Notes: a model not told the origin generated them from the sequence alone. DNA of 64,000 nt from Prochlorococcus sp. AG-355-A09 (GCA_003280995.1 QCDG01000007.1:25026-89025), one strand, 5' to 3'. Positions 20,901 to 31,292 are shown, counted from the stretch's first letter. Made by a program: numbers and translations.

Positions 20901-21998
20901 CTACTTATTTATTAAGTCACATTGAGCATGATTTAGAAGCAAATGATCAGCAAGTACTAGAGCTACCATAGCATCAACCATGGGAACTGCTCTTGGTAGA
21001 ACGCATGGATCGTGCCTCCCTTTTGCTTTCATAAGTACTTCTTTACCTTCAGCATTTACTGTTTTCTGTTCTTTTCCGATAGTTGCTGTAGGTTTAAAAG
21101 CTATCTTCATCTCGATATTTTCACCATTACTTATTCCGCCCTGAATACCTCCTGAATTGTTTGATGTTGTTCTTAACTTACTAATATCATCAGACTTAAT
21201 GAATGCATCATTATGTTCGCTTCCTTTTAAATAAGTTCCAGAGAAACCTGAACCTATTTCAAAGCCTTTCGTTGCAGGCAAAGACATCAAAGCCTTTGCT
21301 AAATCAGCTTCTAATTTATCAAAAACTGGCATTCCAAGACCCGAGGGAACATTCCTTACTAGACATTCAATAACACCGCCGCAAGAGTCTCCTTGACGCT
21401 TTAATTCCTTAATTCTCTCGATCATTTCTGTTGATACATTTTCATCTGGACACCTAACAATATTAGAATCTATTTTTTTGAGAGAAATCTTCTCTTTATT
21501 TATATCAGAATCAATATCATGTATACGCTTTACCCAAGATAGTATTTCAGTGTTACAGAAGGTTTTTAATAATTGTTTTGCTACAGCACCAGCAGCTACT
21601 CTCCCAATTGTTTCTCTAGCAGAGGCTCTTCCACCGCCAGAACTTGCCTGAATTCCATATTTCAGATGATATGTACCATCTGCATGAGAAGGTCTAAATA
21701 CTTGTTCCAAATTATCATAGTCTCCTGGTCTTTGATCCTTGTTTCTTACCAACATCGCTATTGGAGTTCCAAGTGTGAACCCTTCCTTTATCCCACTTAA
21801 TATTTCAATTTTATCTTCTTCATTTCTGGGCGTTGTAATGTCACTTTGGCCAGGCCTTCGTCTATCTAATTCATTTTGTATCAGATTTATATCTACTTTT
21901 AACTTAGGGGGACATCCATCAAGGATAACTCCTACTGCACCACCATGTGATTCTCCAAAAGTACTAACACGAAAAATTTTTCCAAAACTACTACTCAT
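20901..21998 (-). CDS. aroC: Chorismate synthase
   Basis: [27 protein letters not shown]. Confidence 0.98.
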   Translation of the reverse strand: MSSSFGKIFRVSTFGESHGGAVGVILDGCPPKLKVDINLIQNELDRRRPGQSDITTPRNEEDKIEILSGIKEGFTLGTPIAMLVRNKDQRPGDYDNLEQVFRPSHADGTYHLKYGIQASSGGGRASARETIGRVAAGAVAKQLLKTFCNTEILSWVKRIHDIDSDINKEKISLKKIDSNIVRCPDENVSTEMIERIKELKRQGDSCGGVIECLVRNVPSGLGMPVFDKLEADLAKALMSLPATKGFEIGSGFSGTYLKGSEHNDAFIKSDDISKLRTTSNNSGGIQGGISNGENIEMKIAFKPTATIGKEQKTVNAEGKEVLMKAKGRHDPCVLPRAVPMVDAMVALVLADHLLLNHAQCDLINK

Positions 21999-22058
21999 AG
22001 AAATATCAAATGTTTTATCTATATATAAACATTATATGAAACCAATTGAAAATTAAAC

Positions 22059-22086
22059 AAAAAAAAAGCCCCCAAAAAGGGGGCTT
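22059..22086 (-). terminator. Intrinsic terminator of psbA
   Basis: AAGCCCCC-AAAAA-GGGGGCTT hairpin with an A9 tract on the + strand (U tract on minus). Confidence 0.88.
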
Positions 22087-22107
22087 GTAGATTTAAGAAC
22101 TTTAAGC

Positions 22108-23190
22108 TTAACCGATAGCTGGAGCTGAAAGAGCTACTGTTGTAGACTCAGCTGCTGCTAGATCAAGTGGGAAGTTGTGAGCGTTACGCTCGTGCATTAC
22201 TTCCATACCTAGGTTTGCTCTGTTAAGAACATCTCCCCATGTAGGAACAATCTTACCGTTTGCATCAACAACTGACTGGTTGAAGTTGAAACCGTTAAGG
22301 TTGAATGCCATTGTGCAGATACCCATTGAAGTTAACCATACACAAACAACTGGGAATACAGCTAGGAAGAAGTGAAGACTTCTGCTGTTGTTGAATGAAG
22401 CATATTGGAAGATCAAACGACCGAAGTAGCCATGAGCTGCAACGATGTTATATGTTTCTTCTTCTTGTCCGAACTTGTAACCATAGTTCTGAGACTCTGT
22501 CTCAGTTGTTTCTCTGATTAGAGATGAAGTAACAAGTGAACCGTGCATAGCTGAGAATAAAGATCCTCCGAACATACCAGCAACACCAGCCATGTGGAAT
22601 GGGTGCATAAGAATGTTGTGCTCTGCCTGGAAAACAAACATGAAGTTGAATGTTCCAGAGATACCTAGAGGCATTCCGTCAGAGAATGAACCTTGACCGA
22701 ATGGGTATACAAGAAATACTGCGAAAGCTGCTGAAACTGGTGCAGAGTATGCAACACAGATCCAAGGACGCATACCTAAACGGTATGAAAGCTCCCACTG
22801 TCTTCCCATGTATGCTGAGATACCAATTAGGAAGTGGAAAATTACAAGCTGGTAAGGACCACCGTTGTATAACCACTCATCTACAGTAGCTGCTTCCCAA
22901 ATTGGGTAGAAGTGTAGACCAATAGCGTTAGATGAAGGAACAACTGCACCTGAGATGATGTTGTTTCCGTAGAGGAATGAACCAGCAACTGGCTCTCTAA
23001 TTCCGTCGATGTCTACTGGTGGTGCTGCGATGAATGCAACGATGAAGCAAGCCGCTGCTGTAAGTAGGCATGGAATCATTAAGACGCCGAACCAACCAAC
23101 ATAAATTCTGTTGTTAGTTGATGTTACCCACTCACAAAACTGTGGCCAACCTTTTAACAGCGAAGAACGCTGCTGCTGAATAGTTGTCAT
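22108..23190 (-). CDS. psbA: Photosystem II D1 protein (Gln130 form)
   Basis: [26 protein letters not shown] plus a 16-aa C-terminal extension. Confidence 0.99.
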   Translation of the reverse strand: MTTIQQQRSSLLKGWPQFCEWVTSTNNRIYVGWFGVLMIPCLLTAAACFIVAFIAAPPVDIDGIREPVAGSFLYGNNIISGAVVPSSNAIGLHFYPIWEAATVDEWLYNGGPYQLVIFHFLIGISAYMGRQWELSYRLGMRPWICVAYSAPVSAAFAVFLVYPFGQGSFSDGMPLGISGTFNFMFVFQAEHNILMHPFHMAGVAGMFGGSLFSAMHGSLVTSSLIRETTETESQNYGYKFGQEEETYNIVAAHGYFGRLIFQYASFNNSRSLHFFLAVFPVVCVWLTSMGICTMAFNLNGFNFNQSVVDANGKIVPTWGDVLNRANLGMEVMHERNAHNFPLDLAAAESTTVALSAPAIG

Positions 23191-23379
23191 GAGTTCGTAA
23201 AGTATGTCTCTAAAGTGAGACGTGTAAGTAAAAACGGAAAATAAATTCCGCTTCGAAGATTTTAGACCAAAATCGCTAAAAATGTGTAAATTATTTTTCT
23301 GTGGGTAAAGTTATTTTTGCGAAATACTAAGAAAAGAGACTTCGTATCTTAATATTTTCTTTGTAATTGGTGATTAAAC

Positions 23380-23508
23380 TTGGTAATAATCGAATGGCTT
23401 CTTAACGGAAAAAGATCTAAAGAGGTAGTTTCCTTAAAAGAGGCTAGGTTTAGAAGACTGCAATTAGAGGGTTTTGGAGCTGTTATCTATTGGAGCGAAA
23501 GAATTTAG
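23380..23508 (+). CDS. Small hypothetical protein, 42 aa (absent from the ORF track)
   Basis: TTG start: MVIIEWLLNGKRSKEVVSLKEARFRRLQLEGFGAVIYWSERI*; GC higher than the flanking intergenic DNA. Confidence 0.7.
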   Translation: MVIIEWLLNGKRSKEVVSLKEARFRRLQLEGFGAVIYWSERI

Positions 23509-23625
23509 GTTTTTAAGGTTTTAGAGTTAGTAAAAAAAATTAAAGTATTGAACATTAAATAAACTTATCTATTAAATAAAAAATCCTTATTAGTTTTCAA
23601 TGATTTATTGTTCCGGTTTCTTAAT

Positions 23626-24531
23626 TTAAAGACTTTCAAAATCTTGAACCCATTGTTTTTTGGAACATATAACTTCTTTTTTTGTGTAACTCATGGCAAT
23701 TTTTTTTTCCTTATAAGCAACTTCTCCTATAAAAACAGGCCAAATCAATTGGTCTCCGTCATATTTGTGAACTATTCCTTGGCTATCAAGAAATAATGGA
23801 TCTCCTTTTTTAATCATTTTCCAATCTTGATTTATTCTCTCAGGATGAATTAGGCCATCAATATCTCCTTTTTTATCTCTTGGATAATCTATGCTTCCTT
23901 GATGAACATAAACAACCAATTCCTTTGGGAGTTCTATAAGGTTATTTTTTAATTTATCTATCTCTTCCCTTAGGGAGCTAATTATTAGAGAGAATCTATC
24001 TATGATTTTTGGATCATAAAAATTTTGTGCCACAGCTCCTATTTCAATAACTAGACCACATGGCCAAGCTTCTACAAGAAAGCCAGTTTGAGCTTTATCT
24101 TTTTCGTGCAAATAAATAGGCAATCCAAATTTGTTCTGCAGTAACGCAGCTAAACAAAAATCTTTAATTCTCCTCCCATACAAAACAATACTAGTTCCCA
24201 TATTTGCAGTAGTAGTATGCAAATCAATTACAATTTGACAGGGTTTAGATCCGTCAATTCCAAATTCATCTAACAAGAAATTGGCTCTATTTGTTTCATA
24301 AAAGCTATTCTTTTGTTGATCACAATTCTCACTTTCTTTAAAAGATCTATTTAAATCTACATCTATATATCTGCACCCTTTTTCATAGGCAACAGGATTT
24401 CCTATGATGTATTCATACTCAATACCATGATTTAAAATATTTTCCTCTCTATTAAATTGTTTAACCGCCCAAACAGGATTAATTTCATTCCCATGAGTTC
24501 CTGAAACGATAAGTATTCTTTGAACAGTCAT
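23626..24531 (-). CDS. aspA: Aspartoacylase (M14 family)
   Basis: GTHGNE, DLNRSF, DLHTT, FIGEVAY. Confidence 0.9.
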   Translation of the reverse strand: MTVQRILIVSGTHGNEINPVWAVKQFNREENILNHGIEYEYIIGNPVAYEKGCRYIDVDLNRSFKESENCDQQKNSFYETNRANFLLDEFGIDGSKPCQIVIDLHTTTANMGTSIVLYGRRIKDFCLAALLQNKFGLPIYLHEKDKAQTGFLVEAWPCGLVIEIGAVAQNFYDPKIIDRFSLIISSLREEIDKLKNNLIELPKELVVYVHQGSIDYPRDKKGDIDGLIHPERINQDWKMIKKGDPLFLDSQGIVHKYDGDQLIWPVFIGEVAYKEKKIAMSYTKKEVICSKKQWVQDFESL

Positions 24532-24554
24532 TTTTTCATTAAAAATTAAATTTT

Positions 24555-25508
24555 ATGCAAAATAAATACCTTATAAAAGCAACCAGAAAATTCTGGTTTT
24601 GGTTTTGGACCCAACTAATGAATGGCTTCGCACCATCAGATTTACATGGTAACTATAAAAGGCCTAAAGGTATAACAATTGAAAGTGAATACGATATTAA
24701 TAATGAAAGTGGACAAATTTATTTATTGGTAGGGAATTCTTGTCCATGGTGTCAAAGAACTTTACTCGTCCACGCAATAAAACATTTATCTAAAAAAGTT
24801 AAAGTTATTTTTTTAAAAGCAGATCTTGAGCATGGCGAATGGATTTTCAATAGAAAGTATAAGGGATGCCTGAGACTTTCAGACTTTTACAAAAAGGCTA
24901 ATAAAAAGATTATTTTTAGAGCTACTTTACCTCTTTTAATTAGCTTTGTAAAAGATGAAGTAAATGTTTTATCTAATGAAAGTTCACAAATTATAAGATT
25001 ACTCAATTCAATAAAAATTCAATCAGAAATTAAGATATTAACTATTAAGGACTGTAATAAAAAATTTTTAGATTTAATTAATAACCGCATTAATGATGGA
25101 GTATATAAATGTGGTTTTGCCAGAAACCAGTTAGCTTATGAAAAAGCAAGTCAAAATCTTTTTGCAGCTATAAATGAAGTTGAAAATTTACTACAGAAAA
25201 ATAAAGGTGACTGGATATTTGGAGAAGAGTTAACCTACGCGGATATTTACCTTTTTCCAACGCTTATAAGATGGGAATTGATATATAGCAAACTTTTCAA
25301 ATGTACTGAACAAGAACTATCAAATTTCAAGAAAATTATTGAATGGAGACTAAATTTTTTTAAATTATCTAATGTAAATAGGACATGCTTCGACAATGAG
25401 TGGAAAAAAGATTACTACAAAGCTTTATTCCCTTTAAACCCAAATCAACTAATCCCAGTTTTACCATCGCTAGAGAAAATAATGAGATTAGAGTCCGAAA
25501 AAATATAA
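24555..25508 (+). CDS. Glutathione S-transferase, glutathionyl-hydroquinone reductase (Xi class) type
   Basis: CPWC, SNESSQI, INDGVYKCGFA, LFPTLIRW. Confidence 0.85.
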   Translation: MQNKYLIKATRKFWFWFWTQLMNGFAPSDLHGNYKRPKGITIESEYDINNESGQIYLLVGNSCPWCQRTLLVHAIKHLSKKVKVIFLKADLEHGEWIFNRKYKGCLRLSDFYKKANKKIIFRATLPLLISFVKDEVNVLSNESSQIIRLLNSIKIQSEIKILTIKDCNKKFLDLINNRINDGVYKCGFARNQLAYEKASQNLFAAINEVENLLQKNKGDWIFGEELTYADIYLFPTLIRWELIYSKLFKCTEQELSNFKKIIEWRLNFFKLSNVNRTCFDNEWKKDYYKALFPLNPNQLIPVLPSLEKIMRLESEKI

Positions 25509-25547
25509 AAATCAATTTCCAAAAAATAATGATGTTGTAATGAACAC

Positions 25548-25871
25548 TTATTTAGTTCATAGATAATGCAATTTCATTAGAAATTAACTATGTTATGTAT
25601 GTCTACTAAAGTACGAAAAGCTTAAAATGAAATCCATTGACGAACACATCCAAAAAGATCAATCGGAAATCGAATCTGCAAAAGCAGAGGGCAATCTTCC
25701 AAAGGTCAGACATTTAACTGAAGAGCTAAAAGAACTCGAAGAATATAAGGATCATCATCCAGAAGATAAACATGATCCTAATGCTTTGGAATTATTTTGC
25801 GACGCAAACCCAGACGAACCAGAATGTCTTGTTTATGATGATTAAGTTTATTTAATTATTAGATAATGCAA
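25548..25871. repeat. 24-bp imperfect direct repeat flanking cp12
   Basis: TTATTTAGTTCATAGATAATGCAA (25548-25571) vs TTATTTAATTATTAGATAATGCAA (25848-25871), 21/24 identical. Confidence 0.55.
25627..25845 (+). CDS. cp12: Calvin cycle regulator CP12, marine type
   Basis: C-terminal LELFCDANPDEPECLVYDD. Confidence 0.93.
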   Translation: MKSIDEHIQKDQSEIESAKAEGNLPKVRHLTEELKELEEYKDHHPEDKHDPNALELFCDANPDEPECLVYDD

Positions 25872-25901
25872 AAAAAAAGGGCTCAAAAAGCCCTTTTTTT
25901 T
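25870..25901. terminator. Bidirectional intrinsic terminator between convergent genes
   Basis: A9-GGGCT-CAAAA-AGCCC-T8. Confidence 0.9.
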
Positions 25902-25915
25902 ATGCCTGAATTCTT

Positions 25916-26098
25916 TTAGTAATCCATATTGAAATCTGATGGGCTACCTGTCAGAGAACATACCACAGACTCTTCATTTTTCATTTCCTTAACTTCTACA
26001 ATCGGTCTTCCCATTTTCTTAAGAACCTCAATATCTTGTATGGTTTGACATCTAGCTATTATTTTTCCTTGTTTATCAAAACAACTGTAGAAATTCAT
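25916..26098 (-). CDS. Small hypothetical protein (60 aa)
   Basis: ATG-started ORF ending at the bidirectional terminator; three Cys, VVCSLTGSPSDFN tail. Confidence 0.75.
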   Translation of the reverse strand: MNFYSCFDKQGKIIARCQTIQDIEVLKKMGRPIVEVKEMKNEESVVCSLTGSPSDFNMDY

Positions 26099-26184
26099 AT
26101 TAGGTTTAAAGAATTATCTTATTTATGGCTAATTTTCATTATTAAATCAAGTATATTTATTTACAAAAAAAATTTTAATTTAAG

Positions 26185-27168
26185 TTAGATCCTTTTCCAC
26201 ACTTCAGAAAGCAGTGAGGATAAACCTTTTTTTAAAGATGAAGAAATAACTAAAACTTTCTTTTTTGATAAATCTTCTAACTTTTTTGTAATTATTTTCA
26301 AATAATCATCATCTACCAGCTCCATTTTATTTAACACTATTATCCTCTCTTTATCTAAAAGACCTTTCCCATATTTTTTTAATTCCTGCTCAATAATCTC
26401 AAAATCATGTAAAGGATTTTCTGCAATTGCATCAATTAAGTGAACAAGTATCTTCGTTCTTTGGATGTGCCTTAAAAAATCATGGCCTAAACCTACGCCA
26501 TCAGCTGCACCTGATATTAATCCAGGAATATCCGCAAAAAGGCAACCATTCCCATCAATTTTTCTTACTACACCTAAGTTAGGTATTAGAGTCGTGAAAG
26601 GATAATTTGCGATTTTTGGACGGGCAGATGATACAACTGAAATCAAAGTACTTTTTCCAGCATTTGGAAGGCCTATAATCCCAACCTCTGCAAGAAGTTT
26701 TAGTTCTAATTGAACCTCCCATATCTCACCATCTTTTCCTTCAGTGAATGATTCAGGGGCTCTATTTTGATTACTTAAATAGTAAGCATTACCATGTCCA
26801 CCTCTTCCTCCAATGGCAATAGTTAAACTTTGTTTATCTTTAGTTAAGTCTCCTAAAATGATGCCGGATTTAATATCCCTTATTTCTGTACCGCAGGGGA
26901 CTTTAAGGATTCTATCCTCACCTGAAGCACCTGATCTCTTATTCGGACCTCCTTTGCATCCATCTTCAGCAATTATTTCACGTTTGAATTTGAAATCTAA
27001 TAATGTTTGAAGGTTATTATCAGCCATCAAAATAACTGAACCCCCTCTTCCACCATTTCCCCCCGAAGGTCCTCCAGCAGGAACGAATTTTTCTCTTCTA
27101 AATGAAACTATTCCATTTCCACCTTTTCCTGCTTTAAGAATAATGTTGGCTTGATCAATAAATTGCAC
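26185..27168 (-). CDS. obgE: GTPase Obg/CgtA
   Basis: Gly-rich Obg domain, [22 protein letters not shown]. Confidence 0.97.
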   Translation of the reverse strand: MQFIDQANIILKAGKGGNGIVSFRREKFVPAGGPSGGNGGRGGSVILMADNNLQTLLDFKFKREIIAEDGCKGGPNKRSGASGEDRILKVPCGTEIRDIKSGIILGDLTKDKQSLTIAIGGRGGHGNAYYLSNQNRAPESFTEGKDGEIWEVQLELKLLAEVGIIGLPNAGKSTLISVVSSARPKIANYPFTTLIPNLGVVRKIDGNGCLFADIPGLISGAADGVGLGHDFLRHIQRTKILVHLIDAIAENPLHDFEIIEQELKKYGKGLLDKERIIVLNKMELVDDDYLKIITKKLEDLSKKKVLVISSSLKKGLSSLLSEVWKRI

Positions 27169-27208
27169 TTAATACGCTTATTAAATTGTTTTCTAGGTAT
27201 TTTAAATT

Positions 27209-29620
27209 TTATTTTATCCACGCAATACTGCAACCAGGGCCACCCTCGTTGTTGGCTGCATCTTCAATCTTATCAACATAATTTAAACCTGATAACCAAT
27301 TTCTTAGTCCTTTTTTTAATTTTCCTGTGCCAATTCCATGAACAATCCATAGCGGGCCATGAAATTTTCTAATTTTCTCTTCAATAATTATTTCGGCTTC
27401 ATGGACTCTTAACCCTCTTACGTCAATTGTATTTTTACTCGTTCTAATTTTAGAAAAAGAAAAATCTTCTCTTATAGACTTGATCTCAATTTTTGAACTT
27501 TTGAAATTAGGCTTTTCTCCATTAATACCTTCAAAGTCATTTACAGATAATGTACTTCTAAATGAACCACATTTAATTTCATAAAAACCATCTTTTTTAT
27601 CTAAATCTACAATTTGTCCCGTACTATTTAGACTTTTAATTTTTACAAAATCACCTACCTGAGGGTTCCAAGATATTGACTTTTGAGGTTTTTTTTGGGT
27701 TAAATGTTCCTTTTCAATTTCCTTTAATCTTTTTCCAATAATTCTCGTATCCTCTCCATTTACATTTTTATCTCTTAATTTTTTAATCAAATCTATCACC
27801 TCTTTTTTAGCGGATACAATATGTTTTGATAATTTAGACCTTTCAATTTCCTGGATTTTTTCAGCATTTATTTTTTGATATTCATAATTTCTCTTCAGTT
27901 CATCATGTAATATTTCAGTCCTTGCAATCAATTCTGCAGCAGCTTCTGCAGAATTTTGTTGTTTAATCTTCTCTTCCTCAAGTCCTTTGATAATACTGTT
28001 AATATTGTCAACTTCTTTTGGCTTTAGATAATTTGCAGCTTCATTGAGTATGCTTTCATCGAGACCAATTCTCTTTGAAATTGACAAAGCATTACTTCTA
28101 CCAGGAATACCCCAGTTGAGTATATATTTTGGCTTCAAAGAATCCTCATCAAAGGCAACTGATACGTTTTCAAATCTTGAGTCGTTATATTTTAAAGCCT
28201 TAATATCTCCATAATGTGTAGTTGCAAAAGTGATATCAGATTTATTTGCAAATTCTTTTAATAAAGCCATCGCAAGAGCACTTCCTTCAAGAGGATCTGT
28301 GCCAGATCCAATCTCATCTAGCAAAACAACCGACAATCCTTTCTTATAATCAAGTGAATCTAATATTTCTTTTATGCGGGATATGTGCCCACTGAAGGTA
28401 GATAAATTTTCTTCTAATGATTGATTATCTCCTATATCCACATATATATTTGGACAAAAAGGGATAATAGGATTATTAGTTGAAGGTATCAATAATCCTG
28501 CTCTAGCCATAAGTAAAGACAAGCCCAAACCTTTTAAAGCTGCTGTTTTACCTCCAGTATTTGGACCTGTAATAGCTACAACTTTAATATTCCTATTTAT
28601 ATAAAAATCGACAGCTACTGGTGAAGGGGCTCCTTTTTTCTTATGTTCCCAAATCAATAACGGATGAGAAAAACCAATTAAAGAAATAATAGGACTTTTC
28701 TCAAAAGTAGGAGTTTTGCCTCCAATCCATTTCGAATATCTTGAACGAGTTAGGGCATTTTCTAATCTCAATAAAATGGATGCCATTTCAATAAGATTTT
28801 CTGAATTATCACTAACAACCTGGGACCATTTCTTAAGTAATTTAAATTCTTCTGCTGTGATCCTAGCCTCTAAAGAAGCAATCTTATTTCCTTTAGTTAC
28901 TACACTTTCAGGCTCAAAATATACTGTATTTCCTGAAGATGAAGAGTCATGAATTATTCCTTTAAATTTATCTACATAATTAACTTTCACTGCTAAAACA
29001 GGCCTTCCATATCGATCTCCAATAGTAGTATCTTGCAAATAAGCTAAATTCTTTTGAATAAATTTTTCAACTAATATTTTTCTTTCAAGTTTCTTAGATG
29101 AAAATTCTTTTCTAAGAATAGATAGTTCATTACTAGCATTGTCTGAAATCCTTCCATTGGATTCAATGCCTTTCTTAAAAATCGTTTCGATATTCTGATG
29201 GTCAATTAAATTTTTTGTGAATGATGAAATATAAGGCCTTTGTTCAAAATCTAATAAGATTTTTTTTAAATTTCTTGCTGCAGCAATTGTTTTCGCTATC
29301 TCTAACAATTCAGAAGATAAAATTACACCTCCCTTCGAACAAATTTCAATATTTCTACTAATATCAAAAACACCAGAAAAACTAATTGATTTATCTAAAT
29401 TTTTTTCTAACTCATTAATTTCAACAGTTTCATTCAAAAGTCTTTTAGATGCCTCGTATTCAGAAGGTATAACAAAACTTAAAATTGATCGTTTCCCCAT
29501 TTCAGTTGAGGCGAAGGAAGATAAATGGGTTTTTAATGAATCCCACTCTAAAAGGTTTATAGATTCTTCTTCTAAGGTGTTATCTGAATATGATTTTTTA
29601 GAATAACTTTTCTCTTGCAT
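27209..29620 (-). CDS. mutS2: Endonuclease MutS2
   Basis: ITGPNTGGKT, STFSGH, LLDEIGSGTDP, C-terminal Smr DVRG...HGIGTG; ATG 29620 avoids overlap with the neighbour. Confidence 0.95.
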   Translation of the reverse strand: MQEKSYSKKSYSDNTLEEESINLLEWDSLKTHLSSFASTEMGKRSILSFVIPSEYEASKRLLNETVEINELEKNLDKSISFSGVFDISRNIEICSKGGVILSSELLEIAKTIAAARNLKKILLDFEQRPYISSFTKNLIDHQNIETIFKKGIESNGRISDNASNELSILRKEFSSKKLERKILVEKFIQKNLAYLQDTTIGDRYGRPVLAVKVNYVDKFKGIIHDSSSSGNTVYFEPESVVTKGNKIASLEARITAEEFKLLKKWSQVVSDNSENLIEMASILLRLENALTRSRYSKWIGGKTPTFEKSPIISLIGFSHPLLIWEHKKKGAPSPVAVDFYINRNIKVVAITGPNTGGKTAALKGLGLSLLMARAGLLIPSTNNPIIPFCPNIYVDIGDNQSLEENLSTFSGHISRIKEILDSLDYKKGLSVVLLDEIGSGTDPLEGSALAMALLKEFANKSDITFATTHYGDIKALKYNDSRFENVSVAFDEDSLKPKYILNWGIPGRSNALSISKRIGLDESILNEAANYLKPKEVDNINSIIKGLEEEKIKQQNSAEAAAELIARTEILHDELKRNYEYQKINAEKIQEIERSKLSKHIVSAKKEVIDLIKKLRDKNVNGEDTRIIGKRLKEIEKEHLTQKKPQKSISWNPQVGDFVKIKSLNSTGQIVDLDKKDGFYEIKCGSFRSTLSVNDFEGINGEKPNFKSSKIEIKSIREDFSFSKIRTSKNTIDVRGLRVHEAEIIIEEKIRKFHGPLWIVHGIGTGKLKKGLRNWLSGLNYVDKIEDAANNEGGPGCSIAWIK

Positions 29621-29633
29621 ACAAAAAAAAGAA

Positions 29634-30020
29634 TCAAGTATTCGATTGAATACCCTCAGGAGGAACATAAAGCATCTCAAGCCAGTTTCCTTCAGTATCC
29701 TTCATATAAAAAGATGCTGTTCCATCTCTATGCTCATGTAAAGGACCAACTTTTACACCAGAATTTTTTAAATCATTTTGAATATTTTCCACTTCTTTTT
29801 TATTTTCAAAATGAAAAGCAAAGTGAGGTCCCGCAGCTTTGTAGCTAGGGCCTAACAAGGCAAGTCCATCTTTCCCTTTACCTGCCTCTAAATAAGACCA
29901 ATCTTTATCATCCCAAACCAATTTCATACCCAGCTTAATATAAAAAGATTTCGCCCTTTCGAGATCCTCTACTCTAAGTGCAATGTGACCAATCCTATTT
30001 ACTCCTTGTGAAAACTTCAA
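29634..30020 (-). CDS. VOC/glyoxalase family protein
   Basis: IGHIALRVEDL, HFAF, FYMKDTEGNWLE. Confidence 0.9.
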   Translation of the reverse strand: MKFSQGVNRIGHIALRVEDLERAKSFYIKLGMKLVWDDKDWSYLEAGKGKDGLALLGPSYKAAGPHFAFHFENKKEVENIQNDLKNSGVKVGPLHEHRDGTASFYMKDTEGNWLEMLYVPPEGIQSNT

Positions 30021-30082
30021 AACAAAGCAATTAATTTATTATTTATCTAAGAATAAAACAAATTTTTGTTAATAATGAGTTT

Positions 30083-31084
30083 TTAAGTATCCTGCAACCA
30101 TTGAGATGCATCACAAGCATGATAAGTGAGTATTAATTTTGCTCCTGCTCTTTTAAAACTAAGCAATGTCTCTAAAACAATATCTTTTTCGTTAATCCAG
30201 TTCTTCATAGCAGCAGACTTTACCATGGAATACTCCCCACTAACGTTGTATGCAGCTATGGGCTTATTTGAAAATGTGCTTAGTCTATAAACAATATCCA
30301 AATATGAAATTCCTGGTTTTACCATCAAAATATCAGCTCCTTCATACTGATCCAATGCAGATTCAATTAAAGCCTCTTTTGAATTGGCAGGGTCCATTTG
30401 ATATGTAGACTTATTGTCTGGAATTACTTTCTTACTATTTTCTCTAGGAGCCGAATCCAAAGCAGTTCTAAACGGACCATAATAAGCAGATGAATATTTA
30501 GCTGTATAACTAATAATACCTACATCACTAAATCCTTCACTATCAAGAGCAGTTCTAATTGCTCCAACTCTCCCATCCATCATGTCACTAGGGCCAATAA
30601 AATCTGCTCCAGCTCTAGCTTGAGTTAAAGCTTGTTTTTTTAAAATTTCGATTGTTTCATCGTTCAATATTTTGCCAGTTTCATCAACTAATCCATCATG
30701 ACCATCACAAGAGTATGGGTCCAAGGCAACATCTGTCATTATTGCCATTTCTGGAATCTCTTTTTTTAATATTCGAATAGCTTTAGGTATTAAACCATCT
30801 TCATTAAAACATTCTGCTCCATCTTCAGTCTTTAAGCTATCGTCAATTTTTGGGAAAAGAACCACACACCTTATTCCCAATTCCCATGCCCTAGTAACCT
30901 CCTTTATTAAGCCATTAATATCCCATCTATAAGTTCCGGGCATTGCTGAAATGTCCTCTTTAAAATCTTTTTCATGAATAAATAATGGATATATAAAGTC
31001 CGATGCCGTTAGATGGTTTTCTCTAACCATTTCTCTAATTGCCTCATTTCTTCTTAATCTTCTTGGACGAATAATCGAATTCAT
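30083..31084 (-). CDS. hemB: Porphobilinogen synthase (ALA dehydratase)
   Basis: RPRRLR, DVALDPY, SDMMDGR, MVKP, YNVSGEY. Confidence 0.98.
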   Translation of the reverse strand: MNSIIRPRRLRRNEAIREMVRENHLTASDFIYPLFIHEKDFKEDISAMPGTYRWDINGLIKEVTRAWELGIRCVVLFPKIDDSLKTEDGAECFNEDGLIPKAIRILKKEIPEMAIMTDVALDPYSCDGHDGLVDETGKILNDETIEILKKQALTQARAGADFIGPSDMMDGRVGAIRTALDSEGFSDVGIISYTAKYSSAYYGPFRTALDSAPRENSKKVIPDNKSTYQMDPANSKEALIESALDQYEGADILMVKPGISYLDIVYRLSTFSNKPIAAYNVSGEYSMVKSAAMKNWINEKDIVLETLLSFKRAGAKLILTYHACDASQWLQDT

Positions 31085-31292
31085 TTGAATATTATTTAAA
31101 TTGAAAAATATTTATCTAATACATTAATCGCTTGCCTCGCACAAAAATTAATCAGAGACTACTTTTGTTCAGGAAAATTAACTAAAATTTATTTAATAAG
31201 AGCAAAAAAAGTTACAAAAATATTTTGCACAATCTTCATTTTTCACAAATTTACATCATTTAGAGATAATATCTTTTAGTTAAGTATTTATT

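Noticed and set aside
22108..23190. Elevated GC in psbA suggesting phage or horizontal origin
   Set aside because: Explained by amino-acid composition and the codon bias of a highly expressed gene; full-length host-type D1 in core context with its own terminator.
29621..29680. Extended mutS2 N-terminus in the ORF track
   Set aside because: Overlaps the same-strand VOC gene; ATG at 29620 is more plausible.
31085..31292. NtcA, HLR1 or LysR-type operators upstream of bicA
   Set aside because: The TTACA-like words lack the right spacing and no GTA-N8-TAC was found.
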